DNA of 64,000 nucleotides, from contig CP154954.1 of the NCBI GenBank assembly GCA_039621445.1, positions 37,247,703 to 37,311,702 on the forward strand, read 5' to 3'. Position 1 is the first letter of the stretch. Each line of letters starts with the position of its first letter. Shown one piece after another: positions 44,101 to 57,638 of the stretch. The position numbers and the translations under genes were made by a program. The stretch is from Euglena gracilis (taxonomy: Eukaryota). The notes under the pieces were generated by a model that saw only the letters and a list, made by a program, of their open reading frames with translations, was not told where the DNA came from and did not search any database.

Positions 44101-47100
44101 AGCACAACCTGCAGGAGGACACAAAGAATGTTTCCCGCAGGCTGCTGAAAATCAAAGGCTACTGCTGAGACCGTCCCATCACAATGATGAACAGCAGTAT
44201 AGTATGTAAGCAACATACCACAATTTGGGACAGCAGCCAGAACCGACAAAGATCGGAAATGCATATGACGCACAAAAAACCGGTCTGAGAATACTTCCTC
44301 AGCTCCTCCAGTCCCCCCATCGCCGGCCCATCGCCCTTGCTCTATGTACTTTGCACTTTGCGGTCCACTGGCCACCCAGGACCTCTTCCAGCCATGACCA
44401 ACAACATCGGGAAAACAAGGCTTGGGACACAAAGAGCTCTGTCACAACAAACAGCTTGCATTTGCATTGCACACGATTCTCATCGTATCCCAGAAACGAT
44501 GAGTCACAAAAGCCTGGTCTGAAAACACTTCATCTTCACGCAAGAAGACAAAACAGGATTTGGCCCACCATGCTGGCCCATCCTGGCACCATGTAATCTG
44601 AGGCACCACCAATCACCGGCGTTAGTTATGACCACAAAGATCGAAAATATGGCACATGAGACACAAAAAAGATCGACAACGGCCCTCTTACCCTGTGACA
44701 CGGCTTTGTACATTACGCATATATATTGAACCCGTAACTCCACGTGGTGGCATTGGAGATGAAGACAGAATCTTTTTGGGGACCTGCATCCGAGCCATGT
44801 TGCGGCAGAAGGAGCCCTGGGAAAGAAGATCCTGCGAAGCAGAGTGCTGGCAAGGACTAAGCATTGTGTTGGCCCGAGAAGTGGGTCGACAACTGTCGTG
44901 GGCTCAATGCCTGGGATCTGAAGATATGCAAAGTCCTGTTCTGGCGCATCAACCTTATAATCTGGACTAAAGCACAACCTGCAGGAGGACACAAAGAATG
45001 TTTCCCGCAGGCTGCTGAAAATCAAAGGCTACTGCTGAGACCGTCCCATCACAATGATGAACAGCAGTATAGTATGTAAGCAACATACCACAATTTGGGA
45101 CAGCAGCCAGAACCGACAAAGATCGGAAATCCAGCATATGACGCACAAAAAAACCGGTCTGAGAATGCTTCCTCAGCTCCTCCAGTCCCCCCATCGCCGG
45201 CACATCACCCTTGCTCTATGTACTTTGCACTTTGCGGTCCACTGGCCACCCAGGACCTCTTCCAGCCATGACCAACAACATTGGGAAAACAAGGCTTGGG
45301 ACACAAAGAGATCTGTCACAACAAACAGCTTGCATTTGCATTGCACACGATTCTCATCGTATCCCAGAAACGATGAGTCACAAAAGCCTGGTCTGAAAAC
45401 ACTTCATCTTCACGCAAGAAGACAAAACAGGATTTGGAGCACCATGCTGGCCCATCCTGGCACCATGAAATTTGAGGCACCACCAATCACCCGCGTTAGT
45501 TATGACCACAAAGATCGGAAATATGGCACATGAGACACAAAAAAGATCGACAACGGCCCTCTTACCCTGTGACACGGCTTTGTACATAACGCATATATAT
45601 TGAACCCGTAACTCCACGTGGTGGCATTGGAGATGAAGGCAAAACCTTTTTGGGGACCTGCATCCGAGCCATCCTGGGGCAGAAGGAGCCCTGGGAAAGA
45701 AGATCCTGCGAAGCAGAGTAGGACTAAGCATTGTGTTTGAATGTCCGAGGTCCCCTTACAACGGACCTGACTTCTGGAGCCCCTTCCTTTACTTGACATC
45801 CCTTTCACTGAAATCTCTTTCCCAAAATCCCACTTCCAGCAGCAATGACCAAACTTGAAATAAACTTGCGCCGCAGACAAAATCAAACAAATACAATCTC
45901 AGTAAAGTAATCCCAGACAACAGAGTGAACAGTGTATGTTGACAGCAACCTACAGACAGCACCATCATTTTTTCTGTGAATTAGGATCTGCCTGTTTGAA
46001 TTAAGCTTCAGCCTGTGATTTCATGGTGACCATAAAAATGCACCTGGACCACTCCCACCCCCTGCTCAAGAGATTGCCCTCGGCAATCTGACCTGACTCC
46101 AATTTGGGCCAGGTGCATCGAAATTTTTGGGGGAGCCAGGCAAAAAAGTGGTCCATTTGAAATTGCAATGGTACTGTCCTGGGTGATTTCCTTCACACCT
46201 GCCACCGACACACTACACAGCACACAGGGGTGACACGATCTGAGTGACTATGTTACAGCCAATGAATGATTAGCAGCCAAATTGCAGCACACTTCTGCGG
46301 CATCAGGCCACATCGGATAAATTCTTTCGCAGCCGATCCACAGGTGTACACACAGTACCGCGGCGTCAGGCCACAGTCAAAGACAAATACCCAGCAGCCG
46401 ACCACAATCAAAGTTGCACCAAATTGTAATTACCCATCACAATCACTTTGCAATGTCCAATCTGGTCCCCAATTTTGTCCATCAATCTTCAAACCTTCAA
46501 ATCTTTTTTGGTGGTCGAGCCATCTCCGCTGTAGCCGTCTGGCCCTTGTCCGCCTTTTGCAAAATGTCTGGCAAGCCACGGATTCCAGTCTCAGAGAATC
46601 TGTCTGGCAGGCAACTGAACGACATCTCACCAAATCTGGCTGTACATCTCGATGGCGTCCCCTGTTCGAACTGGACTGGGACACTGTCCTGATACACTGT
46701 TCATGAATGTCCGAGGTCCCCTTACCACGGACCTGCCTTCTGGAGCCCCTTCCTTTACTTGACATCCCTTTCACTGAAATCTCTTTCCCAAAATCCAACT
46801 TCCAGCAGCAATGACCAAACTTGAAATAAACTTGCGCCGCAGACAAAATCAAACAAATCCAATCTCAGGAAAGTAATCCCAGACAACAGAGTGAACAGTG
46901 TATGTTGACAGCTACCTACAGACAGCGCCATCATTTTTTCTGTGAATCACGATCTGCCTGTTTGAATTAGGCTTCAGCCTGTGATTTCATGGTGACCATA
47001 AAAATGCACCTGGACCACTCACACGTTGGCCCGAGAAGTGTGTCGACAACTGTCGTGGGCTCAATGCCTGGGATCTGAAGATATGCAAAGTCCTGTTCTG

Positions 47101-47704
47101 GCGCATCAACCTTATAATCTGGACTAAAGCACAACCTGCAGGAGGACACAAAGAATGTTTCCCGCAGGCTGCTGAAAATCAAAGGCTACTGCTGAGACCG
47201 TCCCATCACAATGATGAACAGCAGTATAGTATGTAAGCAACATACCACAATTTGGGACAGCAGCCAGAACCGACAAAGATCGGAAATGCATATGACGCAC
47301 AAAAAAACGGTCTGAGAATACTTCCTCAGCTCCTCCAGTCCCCCCATCGCCGGCCCATCACCCTTGCTCTATGTACTTTGCACTTTGCGGTCCACTGGCC
47401 ACCCAGGACCTCTTCCAGCCATGACCAACAACATCGGGAAAACAAGGCTTGGGACACAAAGAGCTCTGTCACAACAAACAGGTTGCATTTGCATTGCACA
47501 CGATTCTCATCGTATCCCAGAAACGATGAGACACAAAAGCCTGGTCTGAAAACACTTCATCTTCACGCAAGAAGACAAAACAGGATTTGGCCCACCATGC
47601 TGGCCCATCCTGGCACCATGAAAGGCACCACACCCGCCACCTTAGATGACCGACAAAGATCGAAAATATGACACATGAGGCACAAAAAAGATCGACAACG
47701 GCCC
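43875..47704 (+). repeat. Tandem and complex duplications of the E3 3' end
   Basis: About 870-bp units at 43875-44744 and 44745-45618; partial copies at 45619-45735 and 47025-47704; 45738-46050 also repeated at about 46704-47020. Confidence 0.85.
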
Positions 47705-47736
47705 ACCGGGAAGCCGGGGACACCGCGAGGGACAAC

Positions 47737-47738
<2 letters not shown>

Positions 47739-47779
<41 letters not shown>

Positions 47780-47875
47780 TGCGAGAGAGAGGAGAGAGAT
47801 AGGATAGATAGATAGAGAGAGAGGAGATAGGAGAGATGAGAGAGAGAGAGAGGAGAGATCAGAGCGAGGAGATAT

Positions 47876-47924
<49 letters not shown>

Positions 47925-48123
47925 TAGAGCGCGAGAGAGAGAGAGAGATATAGATAGAGATATACTAGAGAGATATATAGAGAGAGAGATAGATATATAT
48001 ATAGAGAGAATTAGATAGATAGATAGAGATATAGAGATATATATATAGAGATATATAGATATCTATAGATATATACAGAGATAGATAGATAGAGATATTA
48101 GATAGATCTATATATATATATAT

Positions 48124-48167
<44 letters not shown>

Positions 48168-48190
48168 ATATATATATATGTATATATATA
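47739..48190. repeat. Imperfect (GA)n grading into (TA)n microsatellite
   Basis: Direct reading; noisy, possibly low-quality sequence. Confidence 0.9.
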
Positions 48191-48399
48191 TTGGAACACT
48201 GTTGATTGCCCAAGAGCTAGAGTGTCTAAAAAAATATTAAATTACAATTAAAGTAAAAGATTAAATTAATTATCATAACCGCCTGCGGACCTTCAAATCC
48301 AGGAGGCTGTGCCACTGGTCGGTGGATTCGGTTCACCCCACCACCGTTCTCGCTTTCTGGTCCTCTTAATTCTAGCAAAAAAAGGCCTGAAAACGCCCC

Positions 48400-50989
48400 C
48401 TCAACACCACCACTGGCCTGAAAAGGCCCTGGGCCTGAAAAGGCCCCATCTGCTACAGGGCCTGACAAGGCCCGTCCAGCCAGTGGGCCTGAAAAGCCCC
48501 CCCCCACCTTTGGGCCTTCAAAGGCACCTCCATTTGGGCCTGCAAAGGCCCCTCATCTTGGGCTTCCAAAGGCCCCCCCTTTGGTCCTGCAAAGGCCCCC
48601 CATCTGCCAACCATTAAGTGCTACTTTCAGCTCCAAGGTATTCTTTTCTGTGTTCTGCATTGCATCCCAAACCTTTGACCAATTGAAGTGGCAAACCCCC
48701 AGTTTTCACAGCACATGTTACACCAAAAGCTGTGACACATTTTGCAGCAGTTTTGACTTGACATTGAAAAACATTTTGCCACCCCAACCCCTCAATGACA
48801 CTTTTTGCAGCAGTTTGACTTGAAATTGAAAAACATTTTGCCACCTCAACCCCTCAGTGACACCGATTCACCCCAGTGTCCTGCAAAGTCACTGGGCCAG
48901 CAAAGGCCCCCCTGTGAAACCATTTCGATCTGTTGCACCATTTTGCCCCAGTGGCCTAAAGGCCATGGGCCTGCAAAGGTCCCCTTCCAACACCATTTTG
49001 CTCCAGTGGCCTGCAAAGACCCTGGGCCTGCAAAGGCCCCCCTGTGACATCTTTTGGTCCTGTTGCAGCATTTTGTCCCAGTGGCCTGCAAAGGCCATGG
49101 GCCTTCAAAGGCCCCCTCTGCCACCATTTTTGCTCTCAGCTTGAAAAGCCCCCCGACGAACTGGCGAACAACGTTCCTCCACATTTTGGCCTGCAACAGT
49201 GGCCACCCAGCCAGACAGCACATCCACTTTTTGGTCTGCAACAGTGGCCCCGCAGCCAGCCAGTTCTGCCAGATTCTGCTGGCCTTCAACCTTCCCTCAG
49301 CAATATGAATTTGACAACCCCCAGGTTACCTCTCTGCTGACCGGAAAAGACCACCCAACGTCGGCAAACAAAGAAAAGTGCTTGTGCCTTACACTCCTGC
49401 GAAATACAGGACACAGCCTACACTGGCAGCATCGGGGGGAGCGGGCCGAGGTCGGTCTTTACTCAGCTGCGGGGACATTGAAAGTAACCCCGGACCTCCT
49501 ACAGACCCACCATTTGTTCCGTGTGAGGATATTGACATGGCGCCAGCATCACAAATCTCCATCCCTCCTGCTGCACCACCGCCCGCAGAGCCCCCGTCGG
49601 TGGCGGGTGAGGACGTTGACATGGCGCCAGCATCACAAATTTCCATCCCGAGGGCCGGCTTCGATCGGTACCATCTTCTGGACGCGCGGCTTCGAGTCCC
49701 GATGAGCTAAACTCCGATCCAGGGGTGCACGGGACTTGAACCAGCCATGGCATACGGCGCTGCCAGGCGGGGTAAGGAATGGCTGCCGTATGGCGGGAAG
49801 TTCCGATGGCGCCGAGGTAGAAATCAGCAACCAGAGGCTCGACCCTGGCGTGCCTGATGGGTAAGGGCCGGCGAACCATAGATTCAACGGCGTTTGCCCA
49901 CCTGACGTGTCACGATTAAACCATTGCGGCTTCGGCCGAGCAGTGACACCAAAGACAAGCAACCCCTATCAAGCACGCCATCGCCAAGCATCAGGAGCTG
50001 AGGCAAGGGATGGAGGACTTCGAGTGCCTCGAACCCTAGGGCTAATGCCCCCTGGCGGAGTGTAGCTCCACATCCGAGAAAGTGAAACGCTTGGGTCCAG
50101 CAAGTTTTTAAAAAAAAGTCGGCCCACCACCGTTGGAGGAGATTTGAGAGCAAAAAAGGGCATTTGTCATGGATTGCTACGGCGGCATGCGACAGGAAGC
50201 GCGCTCCTTGATGGCCACCCTCCTCAAGGCCCTTTTGGGGCAGCGGGAAGGGTGACATCGGCCGCGGAAGCAGGCATTTGGCAAGGCCTTCCTTCACACT
50301 AATGAGAGAAATCAGCAGATAGCTCGTTCGGAGCTTGTATTCTTCCAAATATGAGATCACCCTGTCTTCCGCCCACTCACCATATTCTGTCTGAAGGCCT
50401 TTGAGCTCTCAACAAAAATCACCAACATTGACCTCTCACCTGCCGTTTACACCCCAAGTTCAGATTACAAAATGAGCAAAGAAGGCACAACTCAGTAACC
50501 CCTAGTAACCCCTTGAGCAGAGCCACACGCCGAGCCAAAGACATATCAACGGATCACAAAGACGCGGAGAGAAGCAAAACACACAACAGCCAAAAACCCG
50601 ACACAAACACGCCATCCCGTTTCAAAAGAGGTACAAACGCCCCCTCCCCGCCCAATATACATTGAAGGTGACCTTTGCTCATCTTCCTCTAACCACTAAC
50701 CTCCGCACCCTGAACAAGTATCACTCAGCACTCTTTTGTACATTACACCCAGAGTATAAACAACCCGCGACGTGTGGCGGCACAGGGAGTAACAAGGGGG
50801 TTCCTCTTGTGGCGAGGGCCAAAAGAGAAGTTTCCCTGGCCCGGGGCACGATTTGGGTGAAGCTGTGCTACCTACCGTGTGCTTCTGCAAAAAAGGCGAG
50901 GGCGAAAAGAGACGTTTACCTGGGCCCGGGGGACGGTTTCGGTGAAGCTGTGCTACCCACCGTGTGTTCGTTATCACTAAAAAAAAAAA
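48400..50989 (+). mobile_element. E6: internally deleted, chimeric copy of the E4 family ending in poly(A); 5' boundary uncertain
   Basis: About 49230-49645 matches the E4 2A region (SLLSCGDIESNPGP, core 49471-49497); 50160-50400 and 50500-50965 match the E4 C-terminus and 3' UTR; RT absent. Confidence 0.8.
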
Positions 50990-53472
50990 GAGCCCATGTT
51001 CTCACGGCATTGGTGGAGGAAGGCGCACTGTCCAAGGCCGCTAAGCTGTTGGTGTCAAATGGGCTTGTCAACTCGCAGGAACCAGGTGTGGAAGCCGTAC
51101 TGAGGGACCTCCATCCCCAGCACAGCCACACTTGGTCCCGGCAGGGGATTGGCCCACCTCGATTGCCTGCCGCCTGGTGGACGAGGGCATGGACGAAGAG
51201 GAGAGCAACGAGCAGTGGTCCAAGCGGGCGGACCATCTGGGCTGCGTCCAATCCACCTCAGTGAAAGTTGCCGAAAGCTGGGGGGGGCCTGGACCAAGCC
51301 CTCGGCAAGCTTGCTGCGACGGCCCTGACCACATCATTCCCGGAGAGCGTGCGAGAAGTGCTATGCGCCTCCACGCTCATCCCGCTCCGCAAGAAGGATG
51401 GGGGGGGTGCGGCTCATTGCTGTCGGGGACACCCTCCGGCGAGTGGTGGGCAAGTGCCTTCCCCATTCTGAAGCGGTGACGATAGAGTTGGCAGCCCCAC
51501 AACCGCGGCAGTGCGGGGTGGGAGTGCGCAACGCCGCCGAGATGGTGGGCATGCGCCTGCAACGCTGCGTCTAGCCAAGCCACCTCCAAGGGGACAACGA
51601 CTACGTGGTGTTGCAGGTGGATATGCGCAATGCCTTCAACTCTATCAGCAGGGATGCAATGCTCCGGGGGTGCTTGGCCAAGGTACCCACGGCGTACAAC
51701 TGGCTGCGCTTTTGCTACAGTGGATTAAGTCCGTTGTTTTGCCAAGGGCGCTTCCTATGTACAAGCCAGATCGGAATGCATCAATGCGACGCATTGGGCT
51801 TTGCACTGGGCTTGGACTACGCCCTTGACCAGTGATTTGCCCGGGACTTGGCATGGGAGCCTTGGTACCTCGACGACGGCCACATCGTGTGGAAACCAGC
51901 GTTGGCGTTGGCCCGCCTCCATGGCCTCGGCACGGTCTGGGAGCGAGTAGGCCCCCACCTCAATTTGGCCAAGTGCAAATTTTGGGGACCTGGGATGCAA
52001 ACGGTCAATCAAGCCGGGCCACATTACCCAGAAGGTTTGGCAAAAGGCCACTTGGGACGACAAGTGCCGGTGATTCCCTTTGGAGGACCGAGGGGCATCA
52101 CGACCCTGGCCGTCCCAATTGATGCCCCGCGGGAGCATCGCACAGCACAAGAGGACACGCCAAGAGCACCGCAATGCCAAGCTGTATAGGAAGAGACCGT
52201 GGACATGGCGACCTTGCTCTTGGAACGGCTCAGGGGATACCCAGAGGGGCAAGTGCGGCACGCACTTTTGCGGTAGTGTCTTGACAGATGTCTGGTGGTC
52301 CAGCTCCTCCGATCAACAGAGAGAGAAAACACACGGGACTCCCCGCTCATTCTCAGGGCACAGCTGCAGGAAGCCATACAAGATCCCCTCGGACTGGGAA
52401 TCACCGAAAGTTCATGGGATCAGGTCTCCCTGCCCATCCGCCAAGGAGGACTCGGAATCTCGGACCCCGAAGTGTTGCAACCCGCGGCACGTATGGTGGC
52501 CTTGCTGAATCTGGGATGCACGGCAGCCAAGCGGTGGGGGTGCCAGCCTCGGCGTTGGCAACCCCATCCCCGGACATGCAAGACACGATACAACGGTTGC
52601 GGCAACAGCTTGGCCCCAACATGGATCCCGTGGCCAGCTGGCTCGCGGGCACCACCCCACTCTCCTCCGCAGCACCAGAACACGCCACCCAACGGTGGTG
52701 GGCGTAGAAAGTGGCGTAAAAGCAGAGCCAGCGAGTGGACGCGGTCGGCTCTGCCAGGGACCGGGTGAGACGGGCTTGCCAAAAGGGACCGGTGGCAACG
52801 GGATGGCTGCAGACTTTGCCCAGCAAGGCACAGCACACAGCTTTCTCGGACACCCAATACTGGCTGCTACTGCGGTGGTGGCTTGGCCTGCCCATCCTCC
52901 CTTCAGGGGTCACGTTGCCGGGGTGGTCCCGTGTCCCGGGGTCACTTCGTCTGCTGCGAGCAGAAAGGAAATACCCAACGGCACAATGCATTCCGAGATG
53001 CTTTTGCGGCGATGTGTGCCTGGTACAATATTGCGGCGGAGAAGGAGGTAGAGTGTTTGGCGAACAAAAGACCAGCCGATGTTCTCCTCATCAACATGTC
53101 ACGGGAGCAACAAGTGGCAGTCGATTTCGTCTACAGCCACCCCGTGGGGCTGGGAGAGCACCCACTGGTGGTGGACAATGCCCGCAGGCATTGCAACCAG
53201 GTGGAAACCAGGAAAGTGCAAAACGGATGGGCCCCTTCTGCAAAGGGGTGGAGCTTCTCACCCTTCGGCCTTAGCACATGGGGAGGCCTGGGTACCTCTG
53301 CCAAGGCGGTGCTGTCTGAGGTCACCAAAATGGCCACCGCAGACATGCGGGGATGGCAAAGACAAGGGCCCTGCAAGAAATGCAGGTAGCATTATCGGAG
53401 ACACTCATGCGCCACGTGGCGCGGAAGCTATCCGCCAGGGACCGCGTGGAGGAGGCCCTGCACCCATGGTAA
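50990..53472 (+). pseudogene. E7: degenerate, 5'-truncated CRE-like RT-RLE element
   Basis: Frameshifted motifs LRDLHP, LIPLRKKDG, VLQVDMRNAFN, WYLDDGH, LPIRQGGLG, RHNAFRD, RPADV. Confidence 0.85.
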
Positions 53473-56400
53473 GTCCCCAACTCCCACCGCAGACCGCACC
53501 AAAAGCGAGCAAGACCAAGACCAAGAGGGCCACAACCCACAAAGTGCGGAGGTTCACCACGGAAACCCCCCCCCCCCCCCCAAAACGCGGCCCCCCGCAC
53601 AAAAAAAAAACCAAATAAAAGAGAAGCCGCCAAAAAAAAAGAGCCTACACGCCAGGCGAAAGGTATCCGGCCAACGAGGCGACAAAGGGGAGTGGAGCCG
53701 GCAAAAGCAAGGCACACGCAAAGTGTAGCCCGCCCGACCTGGACTCCACAAGGTGAGAAGAGAGTGCACGCGCGACCCAGCAAGCCGGCTATAGCCCCTA
53801 AAAAAAAGTTCTCACGCTCTCCCAGTTATTTTTCTTCGCTTTGCTGGCGTGGGCTTGCTGGTGTTTCATAAGCAAAGGGATCAAGACGAGGAAACAAGGA
53901 AGCTGAGGTGAGGGTTTCAGCCGTGAAGCAAGTATAGTCAATCGGTAAGAAATTTAACAGGTGTGGTTGAGATGATGGGGGCATCAACGCGTCTCTTCGA
54001 ACAATTTGAGCTTGAATTGCTGTTGGGCTGATAAACTAAAAGACCAAAAATACAGGACATTTTGGGAATCTTTTGGAACCATTTCCGAAAGCGTGGCCCT
54101 TTTTTGTTGGCTTGAAATAAATTCCTTTTCCACAGGATTTTCGCTGAAATCGCCAGTGAAGGACCCTTCGTTCTCAGAGCCACGCTCTTCCGCCAACAGA
54201 GATTCTTCCCCAACAATGTCAAAACTTAAAACTTGGCAGCGGGTCGGCATGCGTGGGGGCAACGGAGGTTCGTCGACCGGGTCTCTGGGGTACGCTGGCC
54301 TGCAGGGTAGGTACGCGCTGTGGGGGGAGCGATTGGGTGGTGGACGGTGGGGCAGGGGAAAGGATGCGCAGTAGAGCGCATCCCTTGCTGACGCGGATCG
54401 CACGGAGACGGGGCGGGCGAAAATGGAATGGAAACTCGTACTCCCTCGGGGAGGACCAACAAGGGAGGAAGGGAGACCGAGGGCGGAGCACAAAGTCATT
54501 TTGAGCCCGACCCCCCCCCCTCCCATTGAAAAAAATTGCCTTCAAACGCCCTCGGCCAGAAAGTGGGGCTAGGGGGGAAGAGGAGGGGGGACCCCTACAG
54601 AGGAAGAGAAAGCACCATTGTCGCCACGAGGCATGGCCTCACAATTGTCAAAGTGCGTTGCCCGGCGTGTCCATCGACGTTAAAGGCGCCGGGTGAATCG
54701 GGTCGATCGCAGCACCTTCGGGGATAAACTGCTTTCTAGCCGGGCCTCTGTTGAGGACCCCCGCGGGTCTGACGACCTGCTGGACTGCTGCCTTACCCCC
54801 CCACCCCAGGAAAGGGGTCACCCGAATCCTAGCAGAGTTGGCGCGACATGAAGACAATCAGAGCGAAACAACATCATTGATACAGCCTTTTGCAAGCAAA
54901 CGCGCAAACGCTCCCGTCGACTAAGAACGGGAGCTGAGAGGGCCAAATGGTCAGTCAACCGACCAGGCGCGGGTACTGGTTTTTGGAAAACAAACAAAGA
55001 AGACATTGCCCGCGATCAACGGAGAAGGTTAGAAAAACTTCCAGCCGCCCTTCTGGCGGTTGGAAAAGCTTTACAAAGCTCCGATGGGGAGGGCCGGGCT
55101 GCCCCTGGCAGGCTGGACAAGTGGCTCAGCGTGTGCAGGGGAACGGTCTCGAATGCAGGTCCTTTCTGAGGCCAGATGGCGCCGCAACTCCTCCCTTATT
55201 AAAGGGGTGACTGGCTTTTACAGTTGGCTGAGTGGTTTTTTTTTTGGTACAGCCAATGGCGGCGCAGGAATTTTTTCCCTTTTTTCGTACTCCCTTGAGG
55301 CAAGCCGAAAGGGGAGAAAGGGACACCGAGGGCGAAGCACAATGGCAAAGTGCGGAGCCCGAGGTGTCCAGAAAAAGGGAGACTTTTTAGAAGCCTAAGG
55401 TAAATTTGTGGCACATTTCTTTGGCAACCTCGTGCTCCTCACTTTTTCCTTGTCCCGCAAGGTCTTTGTGCTTCGCCCTCGGTGTCCCTTCCTCACTTGT
55501 TGGTTTACCGCGAGGGAGTGCGACTTGCTGAGCCCTTTTCTGGTGCCGTGCATGCCTGTTCCGAGAAGGAACGGAAGAGGAGCCTTTGGTGGAAGCGGCG
55601 CCTCGCCCGGGGCGAGGTGCATCATCTCCACCATGGCCTTAACTGCCATTCCCCCCTTTAGAATTAAAAACAAACGCTGCTTTCCCTGGGTGTCCATTCC
55701 TCCCTGGCTTGTTTTTTTTCAAACTCCCGCGCTCCCTCCAGGAAAACTGATGCCGAGGGCGAAGCGCAAAATGCCTTTCGAGGTGTCCCTGCTTCTCTTT
55801 TTTGTAAGAAAAGAGAAAGGGGGGGTGGACGACCCCCCGTCTTTAAAAAAAATTTTATTCCTTTTTTATTTTTGGTCGCAAACCCCGCATCGGTTTTTTG
55901 GCGATTTTTCTTTGTCTGACCATGCTCAAAAATGATGGGCAATTTTCAGGGTTGAGGAGGTCATTTTGGATTTGGGGATCGGATTTTCACCAACAAATCC
56001 CCAACTAATTAACTCCCCTTTGGCTGACCCACGAATCCAAGGGGATTCAGAAGCGATGGGGGGGGGGGGGGACGGAGGGGAACCAGCGTGCACAACACGT
56101 CAATGAATTATGCCAATAAGAGTTGGTTGGGCAAGGTTTACGCTCGCTCTAAGGGAAGGGAGTGAAACGATGCGGTGCAGCGGTGGTCAGAACCCTGAGC
56201 AAAGGAAAACACACACATATTTTCATTCTGGGCCGGTTGCTGAAAACCTCTGGGCGTCCAAAACCTTGGTGGGGGGGTCTTATTTTGGTTGATTTCTTCA
56301 CAAACCGGAAATTGCACCATGCACACAAATTGCAGTGAACCCCCCGGGGGGGAGTCTCTAGCAGGGCAAGCCAGTGTAATTCTTTCCCCAGCGGCAGGCG

Positions 56401-57149
56401 CAATTGCTGGAAAATTTGTATCACACCCCCAAAAGCCCGCCAAAAATGCCCCTTTTAGCAATTTTTGGATTTTTTGAACAAAATTAGTGGGGGACAAACC
56501 GTTAAAAACCCCATTTCCACCTCGGCGCACAGTGAAGGAGAAAAATTTATTCCAGCGGGGGGGACCCCTGGACCCTCTCCCAAAAATAAAAACTGAGGCG
56601 AAACCGGCCGAACTTTGTAATCCTAATTTGCTCAAAGACCCCAGGCCTCAAGCTCAAGCCTCAAGCCTCAAGCCGGGAAGAAAAAAGCCACTAGCTTGAC
56701 CCCCCTGGCGGAGGGGGGGGCACAAATAACACGCCGTCCTTTGTCATTTTTGTGCCCGAAAGAATCTAAAAGAAGAAAATTTCAGGGAAATTTTTCTCCC
56801 CGCTCAGCGCCACAGTTTTCATTTTAAGGGATTGGTATCTTGGGGGCTCTTGTTTCATCTTGGGAGCTCTTGGGGTGCAGTTTTACCTTCATCTGTTCTA
56901 TTTTGTGATGCGAACTTTCCAAGGTGCGGTGTTGAAAACTGTGCTGAACATCGATCAGGGTGTACAGTGGGATACACTACTAACAGCTGTCACCGATGCC
57001 TGCTAAGCGTTCCGCCTTCCATTCCGCTTACACACGTGCTGCAAGGCAGCCAGGCTCTAACGGGGGTGGCGCTGGGCCACTGAGTGATGGAAACATATGC
57101 CGGGCAGCGCAGGTCAAGCAAGATAGAAGTCCAGAAGTCCTCCGACCCC

Positions 57150-57305
57150 TCACGGCCCTGCGACATGGACCTCCCGCTGGTGGCCATCCCGGAGGACGGA
57201 CAGCGTCGCCCCCTGGGGTCCCCGAAGGAGGTTGACCAGCTGCGCCGCCTCGCGCACGGGGTGGCCGGCGCACGCCGTGATGACGTCCCCCTCCTCCAGC
57301 CCCGC
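57150..57305 (-). CDS. Coiled-coil plus PDZ protein, last exon (AGLEEGDVITACAGHPVREAAQLVNLLRGPQGATLSVLRDGHQREVHVAGP*)
   Basis: PDZ C-terminal AGL..GDVI...LRGP.G motif; GT-AG intron 57306-57580, phase 0. Confidence 0.8.
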   Translation of the reverse strand, partial: AGLEEGDVITACAGHPVREAAQLVNLLRGPQGATLSVLRDGHQREVHVAGP

Positions 57306-57580
57306 CTGGAACATGGTCCGTTGGAGGACGGCACAACGCGGAGCGGCGATGCAGGCTTCAACGCAGGACGAATCAAATCCACGTCCGCCTGTCTCCCCGT
57401 TCGTCTGCCATCTTCCAGTCCTAAGGACCCCCCAAACCTGCGATTCACTTCCCAAGCTGCTTAAGAGCATCTCACCCGCCTTGTCGACTCTCCTGATCGC
57501 CTCCATGAAAATGGGCCAGATGGACGTTCTCATACACGACAGGCACGCGCAAACAAACGCAAACAGGAGGGTCGGCACAC

Positions 57581-57638
57581 CTTTTGGGCAACGGACGGCC
57601 GCTGGACGCGGGTCACAGCCAGCCCCGAGGGGGTGCTC
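57581..57638 (-). CDS. PDZ gene exon (STPSGLAVTRVQRPSVAQK)
   Basis: PDZ GxxVxxV.P.S.A segment; frame fits both neighbours. Confidence 0.75.

Noticed and set aside
48220-48235. Fourth SL copy (GAGTGTCTA)
   Set aside because: Only 9 nt, followed by A rather than T, and no leader
48364-48375. TCTTAATTCTAG as a distant TSD for E2
   Set aside because: Lacks the ATTAA bases adjacent to the SL and lies inside a poly(A)-ended fragment; could be chance
53810-57000. Possible gene or TE with short inverted repeats (GGGACACCGAGGGCGAAGCACAA)
   Set aside because: No recognisable protein motif or defined termini; cannot be supported
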